A stretch of DNA of 64,000 bases from Octopus vulgaris (taxonomy: Eukaryota), in assembly GCA_951406725.2 (NCBI GenBank), contig OX597831.1, forward strand, positions 69,316,001 to 69,380,000, read 5' to 3'. The notes below the pieces were generated by a model. That model worked only from the letters and a program-made list of their open reading frames with translations. It was not told the DNA's origin and did not search any database. Of this stretch, positions 1-12,245 are shown in pieces; the stretch's first letter is position 1, and each line of letters begins with the position of its first letter. Both the position numbers and the translations under genes were made by a program.

Positions 1-17
1 GTGTGTTCTGTATATAT

Positions 18-326
18 ATCATCATCATCATCATCATTTAGCGTCCGCCTTCCATGCTAGCATGGGTTGGACAGTTCAACTGGGGTCTGTGAAGCCAGAA
101 GGCTGCATCAGGCCCAGTCTGATCTGGCAGTGTTTCTATGGCTGGATGCCCTTCCTAACGCCAACCACTCCTTGAGTGTAGTGGGTGCTTTTTACGTGCC
201 ACCCGCACAGGTGCCAGACGGGGCTGGCAAACGGCCACAGACGGATGGTGCTTTTTATGTGCCACCAGCACGGGGGCCAGGCGAGGCTGGCAATGGCCAC
301 GATCGGATGGTGCTTTTTACGTGCCC
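18..326 (-). mobile_element. SINE-like retroposon family C (3' (GAT)n tail), 3' part
   Basis: (CAT)n then TTTAGCGTCCGCCTTCCATGCTAGCATGGGTTGGAC, with repeated GGTGCTTTTTACGTGCCACC modules; same sequence at 35335, 42545, 46572, 50003. Confidence 0.8.
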
Positions 327-336
327 ATCTGGTATG

Positions 337-393
337 TTCAACTGATGAAAGCAGAGCTTATTTGAAGCAAAGCTAGAAATCCATGATCTTGAA
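337..393 (+). ncRNA. Type I hammerhead ribozyme fold
   Basis: Stem I TTCAA/TTGAA, core CTGATGA (342-348), stem II AGC/GCT, GAAA (376-379), short stem III ATC-CAT-GAT, cleavage triplet AUC. Confidence 0.65.
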
Positions 394-2189
394 TTATCCA
401 GTAATATCTTTTTGCTAGTTTATTTTGTCTCTCTATCTTATCTGAACTGACCAACCAAAACTGCAATTTTACTTAACGACCACACACTTTGGTATCCGTT
501 ACCACCACAACCCACTGAAACACTACATGAATAATTTTTTTATTTTCTCAGTATCTTAATTGCTGTCTTCCCTATTTCCCTATACTTGAAATATTCATAA
601 TGTTTCCTTTTTTGTTTGACTCAGTTCACTACTTTTCACTTTTTTTCATTTTTTGAAAAAAAAAAATCATTTTATTTATCTGGTGTAGTTTTGTGAATGT
701 AGATTTACAAGATTTACTAGATTTTTCAATGTCTGGATTTCATCTCATGCTATAGGTTTAAAGATAAGATATTTAGTTTGGTGAAACAATTCTAATGCAT
801 AAGTGATATGTAATTTAATCAAACTTGGAAGATTGAAAGGTGAAGTTAACCATACCAATATCTGAACTCAAGAAATATATCCAATACTTACAAGACATTT
901 TTGCTTGACACTTTACATCTGCCATTTTGCCAACACTATTCATTTTAGTCTCTTCACAAAACAATAAAAATTCAAAAAGTTTTGTGATAATTATCTTTTC
1001 ACTGATGTTTTAACAAGACACTTGTCTCACATCAACATCCTCACTTAAGATATATGATGCTAGAAAATTTATCAATCATCAAATATACAATAAAAAAGTT
1101 GGTTAGAAATAGAATACAAACAACCAATTCTTATATGAAGAAGGAGTGAAAGAGTTAAAAGTTTTATAAAATTACACATATAGATATAAATGAAATTTTA
1201 TTATCAAAAATTCATTATTTTGGTTGTTATTAAAACTACAACATCCAAAAATTTAGGCAAGAAAAAATCTTCCACTTTCTTTTATTAAATTGATTAAATT
1301 TCATGTCAAATAGTAAAACTGGAGATTAGAGTTATAAATAATTAGGAAAGTAAAAATGAATTTCATTTCAATAGAAATTAGTTTGGTGAGAAAATTGAAT
1401 CTAGTCAGACCAGGTTTGTGTACCTAATTGATGTTATATTAATTTCACTTTTCTGTAGGAAGCAAAGTAATTGTCTTGAAGCAGTAGCACCATTAGCTCT
1501 ATGATCATTTTAAGAGAGGAAATTAAAAGGAAAGAAATCTACTAAAACTCCTAAAATCAACAGCTGTCCCATTATTTTTAATATTGTTCACGGCTTTGTT
1601 GGCTAATTTAATATAAAATTACTTTATAATGCCACATAATATAACAACAACTACAAGTGTTTTTTCTGTTAAAGCAGAGGTTAAGCTGGCTGGACCCATG
1701 GCTGTGTGTCCTCCATTTTCCCACATCTTCTACCTTCCCTACATCACCCACTTACTCTTTGTTTTCTCCTCCATTTTTAGTCATGCTTACTTGGACTTCC
1801 CTTCCTCAGTTCTTCACCACACTCATTTCTATCATTCCTCTCACTATTATCCATCTTCAGCACTTGACCCAGCAATTCCATCTAAGTTCACTTCATGACA
1901 TCCATCACTGGCTCAATTCCCATCTTTCACTCTAATTCATTGTATTTCTTCCTCTTTATTACTTACATTCTACATATCCACTTAATTGTTCTGTATTTTC
2001 TATCTTTCCCTGCTGCTCTGTGGTCATTATCTAATAAATTAATATACATGCATACACCTGTAAACATGAATAGCCATCTAAGAATCCATAAGGCAGAACA
2101 AATTCTGTACTTGCATATTAGTCAATAGAGTGGGTATATTAATCAAAGAGTGCAGTACTATATATCCAATACGGTCGATTTTACCAACC

Positions 2190-2830
2190 TGCTTTGCACT
2201 GGGTCATTCTGATTTTGTCATCTTGATTTTGTGAGCTCCTGCTTGAGGTTCAAGGTTATGAGATCATCTTCACTACTTCGTCCCATGTCTTCTTAAATCT
2301 CCCTCCTCCACAAGCAGTATCCACATTAACTTAGCAGTACTTGTTAATACAGCTGCCCTCATTCACACTCATCACATGACTATACCAATGCATCAGCATG
2401 CATGCTACATCAGATTCCTCTTGTACCCATTTTTTCATTTTTTCTCTCAACCCATTTGTACTTTGTCATTCATGCACACTTATATTGCACATTCAATGGA
2501 GCACATTAACTCTATTACTTTCCAATCTTCTCAACCCAAGCAGCTTTGTAGTTCTGATACAAGCACCTTACAAAATGCCCTTCACTATGAGGGAAAAGAC
2601 CTTTGTTGCCAACAGTGTTGGTAGAACCTTGAACTGTTTCCAATCTTTTTTTTTCCTGGCTACTATGCTTTCAGAATAATCTATCCTTCTGCTAATTACA
2701 TCTAAATATCAAAGCTATCAGCTACTTCTAATGACTCATTGGGGCATCTAAGAGAATACTTTTCTAGTGTACTCAGAGTATGTCTGCTCCAGTGCATTCT
2801 CTCTTAAACTGCCAGTGATTTCACTACACA
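2190..2830 (-). pseudogene. Decayed RTE-clade LINE RT C-terminal fragment
   Basis: Minus strand reads CGGGRFKKTWDEVVK, resembling the GRP(R/K)KTW motif of RTE ORF2 C-termini; many stops and frameshifts. Confidence 0.55.
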
Positions 2831-2957
2831 TCTGTGTGTCCATAACTTAAAATTTGGAACAGTATATCAAGTTTATACCAACTCCTTTTCTGTATATTGA
2901 GCAAGGCCATTTCCTTGAATATACCAGGCTCTCATCTTCTTTCCTATGTGTACGTAC

Positions 2958-3011
2958 GTACATACATACATGCATGCATACATACATACATACATACATA
3001 CATACATACAT

Positions 3012-3069
<58 letters not shown>

Positions 3070-3093
3070 ACACACACACACATATACATACAT

Positions 3094-3126
<33 letters not shown>

Positions 3127-3128
3127 TT
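2958..3128. repeat. Compound (TACA)n/(CA)n microsatellite
   Basis: Seen directly; source of the HTYI/VCMY spurious ORFs. Confidence 0.95.
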
Positions 3129-3464
3129 CACAAAGCATATCCTCATAATGTGAATCATTAGAAATTAGTATATCAGTGACAGAAAATCAGGATTTTAAAG
3201 TAGATGTTTATCCCTATTTTTGATTAAAAACAACTTCTGGGTCTTCTTAGATGATTGGAGCTGATTACACAATGCAATAATTAAAGTTCTACTTTACAAC
3301 AGCTGCTTACTACTTTCCTACCACGAATAATTCTCATTTACTCTTTTACTTGTTTCAGTCATTTGACAGTGGCCATGCTAGAGCACTGCCGTGTATGTGT
3401 GTGTGGAGGGGGCATGTATGTATGTATGTATGTATGTATGTATGTCATTACTCAGTCTTATTTG

Positions 3465-4290
3465 AAGATTTCTTCCAATAAAGAAAGAGTTGGTTTCTAA
3501 CATAAATCCAAGTCTCTTTCATTGGAATTTCCATAACATCAACATGATATCCTTTGCATATAGGCGCAGGCGTGGCTGTGTGGTAAGTAGCTTGCTTACC
3601 AACCACATGGTTCCGGGTTCAGTCCCACTGTGTGGCATCTTCGGCAAGTGTCTTCTGCTATAGCCTCGGGCCGACCAATGCCTTGTGAGTGGATTTGGTA
3701 GATGGAAACTGAAAGAAGCCTGTCGTATATATGTATATATATTTATGCATTCGTATATGTTTGTGTGTCTGTGTTTGTCCCCCCACCATCGCTTGACAAC
3801 CGACGCTGGAGTGTTTACGTCCCTGTCACTTAGCAGTTCGGAAAAAAGAGACCGATAGAATAAGTAATGGGCTTACAAAGAATAAGTCCCGGGATCGATT
3901 TGCCCGACTAAAGGTGGTGCTCCAGCATGGCCGCAGTCAAATGACTGAAACAAGTAAAAGAGTAAAAGAGAGAGAGAGTATATATGTGCAGTATTTGAAG
4001 TTAGTGCATGTGCAGATTTGTATGTTTTGTTTTATGTATGTATATTCATGCATATTGTTGCACATCTAAACATGTGCATATATACTTAAATGATAAACTT
4101 CTGGAAAGCTTTACAGATCATTACAGTTCCTGTGATGGCTTGGACCTGTAGATTTTGAATTAGCTTTCTTCTTTCTGGTTTTGGGAAGCTGATTTCTCGA
4201 GATTGGTACTTAGGCTGTTTGTTACTTACCTTAATGCCTCCATAATTACAGGTATAAACCTGAACTTGTAATCTGAGTAGAGTAGCTGTA
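3465..4290 (-). mobile_element. R4/Dong-like LINE 3' fragment (RLE C-terminus and 3' UTR), interrupted by a family A SINE
   Basis: Minus strand reads ELFRNLQLLYSDYKFRFIPVIMEAL...KPERRKLIQNLQVQAITGTVMICKAFQKFII*, resembling R4/Dong C-termini (IPVIIGALG-type motif). Confidence 0.6.
3563..3978 (+). mobile_element. tRNA-derived SINE family A, full length
   Basis: Head GGCGCAGGCGTGGCTGTGTGGTAAG (A box) and GGTTCAGTCCC (B box); internal TA/TG tract; tail GGTGCTCCAGCATGGCCGCAGTCAAATGACTGAAACAAG plus GAGTAAAA repeats. Confidence 0.9.
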
Positions 4291-4704
4291 GATTTCTGAA
4301 TAATTCTGTGTGTGTGTGTGTTTGTGTGTATGTTTGTGCCATAGTTGTAAGATTGTTGAAAGTAGTTTCAACACTGGAATAAATGCAGAACATTTGTTCT
4401 GTATTGGATGTTTTTCCTCTTAGTAAATTAAAAATCTGTTTGCTAAACAATAATTACAAGATTTTTTTTTAATGAATAGAATTTAATTTCTTCATTTTGT
4501 TGCACAAAATGATCTTTTAGTTCGGAAAAGGAAGATGAAGATTAGAAGTGCATTGCCCATGCTTTCCCCAGTGGTTTAGACATCTTGTTGAAATGGCTTC
4601 AAATGATAATTAAAACAATTGTGTGGCTCTGCATTGCCTAAAGTTTCTCACTGTTACTTTAAAATAGTGATTTTGTACATTAGCCTATAGTTAACTTTTA
4701 TAAA

Positions 4705-4812
4705 GGAAGGGCATCCAGCCATAAAAACTCTGCCAAAACAGCTAACCCCTGTGAAACTGTCCAACCCATGACAGTATAGAAAATGGACGTTGAATGATGA
4801 TGATGATGATGA
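4705..4812 (+). mobile_element. SINE-like family C, 3' fragment
   Basis: GGAAGGGCATCCAGCC...GGACGTTGAATGATGATGATG. Confidence 0.65.
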
Positions 4813-5117
4813 TACACATACACATGCACACACACACACACACACACATATATATCTGTGCATAAATATATATAAGCATGCTTAGATATATGCACAGATT
4901 CACTCGGTCCATTTGATACAAATGTTGATATAGTTGAACAATTCAGATAAATATCAATGTAAGTACATAATATGTATGGGAAGAATTTACGGTCCCTGAC
5001 TAATCTAGTGTGTACGCATTTGTGAATGGATTAAGTGGTCTGATTAAAGAAGCATAGCCAGTAGAATTGACAGGCATTCAGACAACTCATTGAAGAAGTA
5101 TAAACAAAGGAAACACA

Positions 5118-5505
5118 GGTGCAGGAGTGGCTGTGTGGTAAGTAGCTTGCTAACCAGCCACATTGTTTTGGGTTCAGTCCCACTGTGTGGCATCTTGGGC
5201 AAGTGTCTTCTGCTATAGCCTCAGGCCGACCAAAGCCTTGTGAGTGGATTTGGTAGACGGAAACTGAAAGAAGCCTGTCGTATATATGTATATATATATA
5301 TATATATATGTCTGTGTTTGTCCCTCTAGCATTGCTTGACAACCGATGCTGGTGTGTTTACGTTCCCGTCACTTAGCGGAGACCGATAGAATAACTACTG
5401 GGCTTACAAAGAATAAGTCGCGGGGTCGATTTGCTCGACTAAAGGTGGTGCTCCAGCATGGCCGCAGTCAAATGACTGAAACAAGTAAAAGAGTAAAAGA
5501 GAGAG
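5118..5505 (+). mobile_element. tRNA-derived SINE family A
   Basis: Same head, body and tail as 3563-3978. Confidence 0.9.
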
Positions 5506-8500
5506 TACATATGAGTGTTTTGTACAAAATGTAGAGACTAACATTTCAGCTGGATGCCTTCATCACAGAAATATTTGTATCTTTTCTAGTTACTTCTCTG
5601 TTGTTGTGCAGGTGAGTATGTATTTAACATTTCAACATTAGGAAATTTAAGTTAATAAAAACAGATTGTGTGGAGCTGTTTTATGTCTAATCATTATCAA
5701 AGATTATTCTGTGCAATGATAAATATTGAAAGACATGGCAATTCACTGTGTTACTGATTACATATGCTGATTGTTAATGATGCAGCAGAGCAGAAATTAG
5801 CTCTCTAGTTCAGCAAACAGTCCATGACGTATGTCTATTGAAGCTTATAATAGAAATAACAGAGAAAATAGGAAAAAGAAGAAAAAAAATTCAGAGCCAT
5901 TATCGATTTCTTTTGATTAGATGCTAGAACAAATTTTGTTGTGGGTAGTGATTGAATCCTCCCCCATCCCAGTAATATATTACAAATAGATACTTTAATG
6001 ACTATCATAGAAATTGAACTCAGGTTGTAAATGAGTTGTATTAAATCCTGAAATATACACTTTTAGTGTTCTATCACGACTTCTATCAACTAACCTACAT
6101 GAGCATGCTACCTGCTAGAAATAGCAATTAAATCTTTCAAATCATGCTACTCTCTTGTAAGCAAAGAGTCGTTTTGGATAATGTAGTCTTTGTTACCCTA
6201 TGCTTGATCAAAAGATTGAGATGAGGTATGATTATAAATGATTTTTGTTTGAGCTTAGATTTACTCAATCATAGCAGAGTTAAAACCAACACATATACCA
6301 CAAATCCTGATTATTTGAAGCAATAAAACTGTTGTCATCCTGCTAGGTTTTGCTTTTATCCTGCTGGAGTTGGTAAGATAAAATGCTGGTCAAATAGTGC
6401 ATGTGCAGATTTGTATGTTTTGTTTTATGTATGTATTTTCATGCATATAGTTGCACATCTAGACATGTGCATATATACCTAAATGATAAACTTCTGGAAA
6501 GTTTTACAGATTATTACAGTTCCAGTGATGGCTTGGATTGGTAGACTTTGAATTAGCTTTCTTCTTTCTGGTTTCTGATTTCTCAAGATTGGTACTTAGG
6601 CTGGAACAGAGAATGCACCTGCTGATGCACTCTCTCATCTCCCTGTGTGTTCTCTTTCATCACCTGCTGCAATCGATTTAACTGCCACTGCTCAGGATCA
6701 GCCGGCCCTGGACACATTGAATCTAACTTCCACCATGCTGTCCTGTTTCAAGTTTGCCTGTCTTCCATTTCTTATCTTAGTGCCCCAATAATTACAGGTG
6801 TAAACCTGAACTTGTAATCTGGGTAGAGTAGCTGTAGATTTCTGAATAATTCAGTGTGTGTATGTTTGTGCCATAGTTGTAAGATTGTTGAAAGTAGTTT
6901 CAACACTGGAATAAATGCAGAACATTTGTTCTGTATTGGATGCTTTTCCTCTTAGTAAATTAAAAATCTGTTTGCTAAACAATAATTACAAGATTTTTTT
7001 TTAATGAATAGAATTTGATTTCTTCATTTTGTTGCACAAAAGGATCTTTTAGTTCAGAAAAGGAAGATGAAGATTAGAAGTGCATTGCCCATGCTTTCCC
7101 CAGTGGTTTAGACATCGAGTTGAAATGGCTTCAAATGATAATTAAAACAATTAACTCTTCTCCCTGCTAGAATAATTAACTCTTCCTGCTAGAAATAGCA
7201 ATTAAATCTTTCATATCATGATACTCTCTTGTAAACAAAAAGTCGTTATGGATAATGTAGTCTTTCTTACCCTATGCTTGAACAAAAGATTGAGATAGGG
7301 TATGATTATAAATGATTTTTGTTTGAGCTTAGATTTGCTCAATCATAGAGGAGTTAAAACCAGCCCATATACCCCAAATCATGATTATTAGAAGCAATAA
7401 AACTGTTGTCTTCCTGCTAGGTTTTGCTTTTATTCTTCTGGAGTTGGTAAGATAAAATGCTTCTCCCTCTTTCTAAATTTGAAGTTGTGTTCCTATATAA
7501 GAAACCGATATTGATTGTCCCAACAAGAGACCTCTTGTTTTTAGCCAGTACAGAGTAATCAGCATAGCAGTCAAATTCAGAGAAAACAAGGTGACAGGTA
7601 TAAGAAGATATTTTCTTATATATAAGTCATAAAAAGAGCTGCAAAACATTCTGTGAGAAGCATAATGCCTTAAAATTAAAATACTGCCTCCTTAGCTACA
7701 ACTGGTAAATAGAATGAAGTGGAAGCTAGAAGATAAGGAAAGCGTATAACTGTTCGGAAAGCTAGCATTTGTAAATTGTTAGGGATTGCAAACACATAAG
7801 AATTATACTCATGCACCATTTAACCCCTGTCAGAATATACAAGATTAAAAAAAGAAACCTATTTTTCAGCTTCAAATAATATTTTTGAAGATTACATTTT
7901 CAATATCATTGTAACATAAATTGTTTGGTAAATGACTAACTATTAATGGTAAGTTTCTGTTAATATGATTATAATTTTTCAGAATCTTAGCCTCATGCTG
8001 GTAGATAAACACTTCCTCGTCTATGAACGTTACAGCATATTTCATAGAACTAAGACCCAGACATACCAGTCAGGTCCTGCCAAATGACCAGCCTGGATGT
8101 GGAGAGCCTATTTAGAATGGTTCCAAGGGACCAAGAATTACTAGTGATTTAAATCGATTTATGGATGTATCAAAATACCAATTAACATTATTATGGAGAT
8201 ATTAACATGTTTAAGAATGGCTTACCTTGAAATGAAAAATGAGATTTTTCACCAAGTGAAAATATGATTGTAGATTAAAAATTATGATATCAGTAATGAC
8301 AAACATTTATAAGGAATATTCCCCAAACTCTAGAACACAACACTGTTAAGTACAATCTGATATGTGAAAACATTTGTGATCTAGTAGCAATAAAAAGGTC
8401 TAAATCCCTCAGAGTACATGAACTCATTATGTACTTCAATACATTTTACCCTAAAAAGAGAAAACAAAATCCAACTGCCATTCTTTGATGCAGTGGCACA

Positions 8501-8532
8501 AAAACAGAAATAGATGTCTGAAAATCTGTGTA

Positions 8533-8920
8533 GGCACAGGTGTGGCTGTGTGGTAGGAAGCTTGCTTCCAAACCACATGGTTTTGGATTCAGTCCCACTG
8601 TATAGCACCTTGGGCAAGTGTCTTCTATTATAGCTTTGGGCTGACCAAAGCCATGTCAGTAGATTTGGTAGAGAGAAACTGAAAGAAGCCCCTCATGCGT
8701 GTGTGTGTGTGTGTATGCCTGTTTCTGTCCCCCACCACCACTTGATGACTGATGTTGGTGTGTTTACCTCCCCGTAACTTAGTGGTTTGGCAAAAGAGAT
8801 CAATAGGATAAGTTCGAGTCTTAGTAAAAAAGTACTTGGGTCAATTCATTCAACTAAAAATTCCTGAAGGTGGTGCCCCAGTATGGCCACAGTCTAATGG
8901 CTTAAACAAGTAAAAAAAGA
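8533..8920 (+). mobile_element. tRNA-derived SINE family A, diverged subfamily
   Basis: Head GGCACAGGTGTGGCTGTGTGGTAGG; tail GGTGGTGCCCCAGTATGGCCACAGTC. Confidence 0.8.
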
Positions 8921-9097
8921 GAAAGAATATCAAAGCTAGACAAATTAAACTATCGACATCAATATAGCCTTAAGAACTGAATTGTCAAATGCCTACAATA
9001 TTCCACAATAATAATCTGCACCATACAGAAGAAATATATAATCTGAAAGAACATTTCTGAAAACTACCTAATACTTTATATAAAATATCCATAGCTA

Positions 9098-9522
9098 GGC
9101 ACAGGAGTGGCTGTGTGGTAAGTAGCTTGCTAACCAACCACATGGTTTCGGGTTCAGTCCCACTGCGTGGCATCTTGGGCAAGTATCTTCTGCTATAGCC
9201 TCAGGCCGACCAGAGCCTTGTGAGTGGATTTGGTAGACGGAAACTGAAAGAAGCCTGTCGTATATATGTATATATGTATATATATATATATATATTTATG
9301 TGTGTCTGTGTTTGTCGGTATTTGTTCTCCTAGCATTGCTTGACAACCGATGCTGGTGTGTTTACATCCCCGTCACTTAGCGGTTCGGCAAAAGAGACCG
9401 ATAGAATAAGTACTGGGCTTACAAAGAATAAGTCCCGGGGTCGATTTGCTTGACTAAAGGCGGTGCTCCAGCATGGCCGCAGTCAAATGACTGAAACAAG
9501 TAAAAGAGTAAAGAGTAAAGAG
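9098..9522 (+). mobile_element. tRNA-derived SINE family A
   Basis: Full head-to-tail match to family A; short AGCTA flanking duplication. Confidence 0.9.
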
Positions 9523-10174
9523 AGCTACTCTCAAAGCACAAAGCAGACATTTAACCAAATCCCATTGTTTTAACTTTCTATGAAATATTGTTTGAAAAAA
9601 AAATTCAGTGAGTCTGCAACAGCTTTATCATCAGAACTATCATCAAAAGTAATTCCATACTTGTCAGATTTGTTCTAATCCCTCTTTCCTCAGAGTGTTG
9701 AGAACATATGTGCTGCATCTGTATCAACCTATGTACTTGCAGGTCTTACAAAGAAAAAAACTTGGATGCCATAAAGATCAGCATATAAAGGAACATCAGA
9801 AAGCCTTTATGCAAAGAGAAACATCTAAGTCAAGAATGGTTGAACAAATAGAGAACCAAAAAGAAAAAAATGGAACTTGGTGACATCTCTATATTGCTAT
9901 CCATTAGAGTTTCATATTCCAAAATGTTTCGTGTCTTTAATGTTAGAACTGACTGCTGTAATAATGCTGAAATTTTTGAGAAAATGAAATATTTATATAT
10001 ACTGCTATGGAATGTAATGATCAGAATTTGGATAAGTTGAGAGTCAAAACTAAATATTAAAAACAAGCATTTCATATGAATCTTGCTCACAATCTAATCA
10101 GCAATAAGCTAGAGCTTGGGGATGGGCAAAAGCAAATGAATCAGCATGGGCCTTAGATTTTGAGGATTTCCTCC

Positions 10175-10590
10175 GGATCTTTTCGGTTTGAACGGCAGTT
10201 TTTTCTAGCGGTGTCATATGGAATTGTCACCCATAATTATGACCCTAGTATCGATCTATTGCATTTCAATCTATTTTAGGGTTAGGATTAGGGGTGGGGG
10301 GAAGGGTATCTTTTTTACTTCAGAAATGTAAATAAACCCAATCTGTTTCTTAAACGAGGGACATATTCATATGGCACAGAATGCTGTTTACCTCAATGGA
10401 CATCAGTGATTGGTGGAAATTGCAGAAATTGAAGAAAAAAACAACAAATATCTTACAAACTATAGAATTTTCTCAATAAAGCCAAGAGAAAAAGACGTCT
10501 TATAAACACATTCTACTATTATATGAAGTTTAAAATTTTTTAGTTACCTAGAAATTATGTTAAAAACTGCCGTTCAAACTGAAAAGATTC
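10175..10590. mobile_element. MITE with about 28-bp TIRs and 8-bp TSD (Merlin-like)
   Basis: TIRs GGATCTTTTCGGTTTGAACGGCAGTTTT / AAAACTGCCGTTCAAACTGAAAAGATTC; TSD TTTCCTCC both sides; second copy at 47144. Confidence 0.9.
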
Positions 10591-10641
10591 TTTCCTCCTG
10601 CTAGAGGTAAAGTAGAATCTTTTAGCAAAGAGTAATCTTTC

Positions 10642-10847
10642 TACGAGGGGGTACTGAAAAGTTCCTAGATTTAAAGGCCTGGTTGAAAACCCAACCTTCT
10701 GAGTTCTTTTACAGGGCTTAGAAAAACTGGAGGACTGCTGTAATAAATGTGTGAATCCGAGAGGGGAACATGTTGAAAAAAATCATAACTGATCTTCCTG
10801 AATTTTCTTTTACTCAAAGCCAAGTACTTTTCAGCACCCACCTCATA
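10642..10847 (+). mobile_element. Mariner-derived MITE
   Basis: Imperfect TIRs TACGAGGGGGTACTGAAAAGT / ACTTTTCAGCACCCACCTCATA, TA termini, remnant of a transposase 3' end (NKCVNPRGEHVEK). Confidence 0.65.
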
Positions 10848-10912
10848 TGTAAATTGGTGTCATCCTTTTATTTTGTTCTATTACATGTAAGTATGTCATG
10901 TACACTACATGA

Positions 10913-11300
10913 GTGGAGGCGCAATGGCCCAGTGGTTAGGGCAGCAGACTCGCGGTCATAGGATTGCGGTTTTGATTCCCAGACCAGGCGTCGTGAGTGT
11001 TTATTGAGCGAAAACACCTAAAAGCTCCACGAGGCTCTGGCAGGGGATGGTGGTGATCCCTGCTGTACTCTTTCACCACAACTTTCTCTCACTCTTACGT
11101 CCTGTTTCTGTTGTACCTGTACTTCAAGGGGCCGGCTTTGTCACTCTCTGTGTCACGCTGAATATCCCCGAGAACTACGTTAAGGGTACACGTGTCTGTG
11201 GAGTGCTCAGCCACTTACACGTTAATTTCATGAGCAGGCTGTTCCGTTGATTTGGATCAACTGGAACCCTCATCGTCATAACCGACGGAGTGCTTCCACC
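10913..11300 (+). mobile_element. tRNA-derived SINE family B (possibly an octopus OR-type SINE)
   Basis: tRNA-like head GGAGGCGCAATGGCCCAGTGGTTAGGGCAGC; TSD ACACTA(C/A)ATGA; three further copies in window. Confidence 0.9.
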
Positions 11301-11388
11301 ACACTAAATGAACATATAACCAAAATACATGCATAATTTCTTTGCATTTAGCAATGATTACTAAAATATCTAAAATATCTAAAATATC

Positions 11389-11615
11389 TAACCCGTTAGC
11401 ATTTAAACCAGCCATATCTAACCAAAACATTCTACCTCACTTATGTACAAACTGGCTGGTTCCAACATCTCACACCTACCATGCAATATAATTCTAAAAA
11501 TAAACAGCCTGACCATTGAACTCTTGAAGCTATAAGATAATGCAAGTTCAATTCAAAACAATGCGAATAAATAAGCATTACATTTGACAGAATAATCTGA
11601 ATATTAAAGAGTTAA
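11389..11615. mobile_element. Possible piggyBac-type MITE
   Basis: Begins (C)TAACCCGTTAGCATT and ends AATATTAAAGAGTTAA: degenerate inverted ends with TTAA-like flanks. Confidence 0.4.
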
Positions 11616-11778
11616 CGAACAAAATTAAATGAGGCCTAGATTTTTATCAAAGTGAAACCTACATTTCACATCCAATATGAACTATTACCAACCAGATTTG
11701 CACGAGCCTCTGTAAGCCCAAATTCAGCTCTCTAAATATGACTGACATTGCTGAAATATAAATATAAATATAAATATA

Positions 11779-12245
11779 TTCCTTAGAGCATGGGTGGGAT
11801 AGATATGCTAAAATATACATCTGGAAGATCCTGGAAGGACTTGTCCCAAACTTTGGCATCGAGAGTTACACAAATACTAGAACTGGGTGCCACTGCATAG
11901 TTCCAAGGACTCCAAATTTGCCATCAAGATGTAGAACAAAATACTGTGATAGCTTGGGCTATCAGAGGTCCACAGCTCTTCAATATCCTCCTGAAGGACC
12001 TGAGAGACCTGCATGGGGTGGATGCAGATGTCTTTAAAATAAAACTGGATCTCTTCCTGTCAGGTGTCCCAGATGAACCAACTTCATGGCAGGAGGTGCA
12101 GATGAGGGCAGCTGCATCGAACTCTCTCATGCACCAAATGGCAATTGCTAAAAAGCATTCATGAAGTAAAATCATGTAGCAACACCGAATGGTGGTGCCC
12201 CAGCATGGCCACTGCTCATGAGCTGAAACTAGATAAATAAAAAAA
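11779..12245 (+). mobile_element. CR1/L2-group LINE, 5'-truncated: RT C-terminus and 3' UTR
   Basis: IYIWKILEGLVPNFGI...RGPQLFNILLKDLRDLHGVDADVFKIKLDLFLSGVPDEP...SNSLMHQ with one frameshift; tail GGTGGTGCCCCAGCATGGCCACTGCTCATGAGCTGAAACTAG. Confidence 0.8.

Larger units (their letters stand above)
4002..7461. repeat. Local complex duplication: A (4002-4620) = A' (6395-7152); B (6111-6387) = B' (7185-7461)
   Basis: Long near-identical runs, e.g. AGTGCATGTGCAGATTTGTATGTTTTG and CTGCTAGAAATAGCAATTAAATCTTT each occur twice. Confidence 0.85.

Noticed and set aside
1459-1504. Possible plus-strand terminal exon KQSNCLEAVAPLAL*
   Set aside because: Too short, no recognisable homology or partner exon
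2847-3161. HTYI/VCMY-rich ORFs (also 14211-14735, 28467-28748, 38165-38698)
   Set aside because: Translations of microsatellites
3563-3640. tRNA-like sequence (also 10913-10985)
   Set aside because: SINE heads continuing into SINE bodies; no complete cloverleaf
5031-5534. Recurrent ORFs such as MSSNARGTNT..., MVVIPAVLFHHN..., MDSSTGV...
   Set aside because: Chance frames within SINE families A, B and C
5535-5570. Hammerhead-like remnant GTGATGA-AGGC..GCT-GAAA-TGTT on minus strand
   Set aside because: Core and stem I too degenerate to call as a feature
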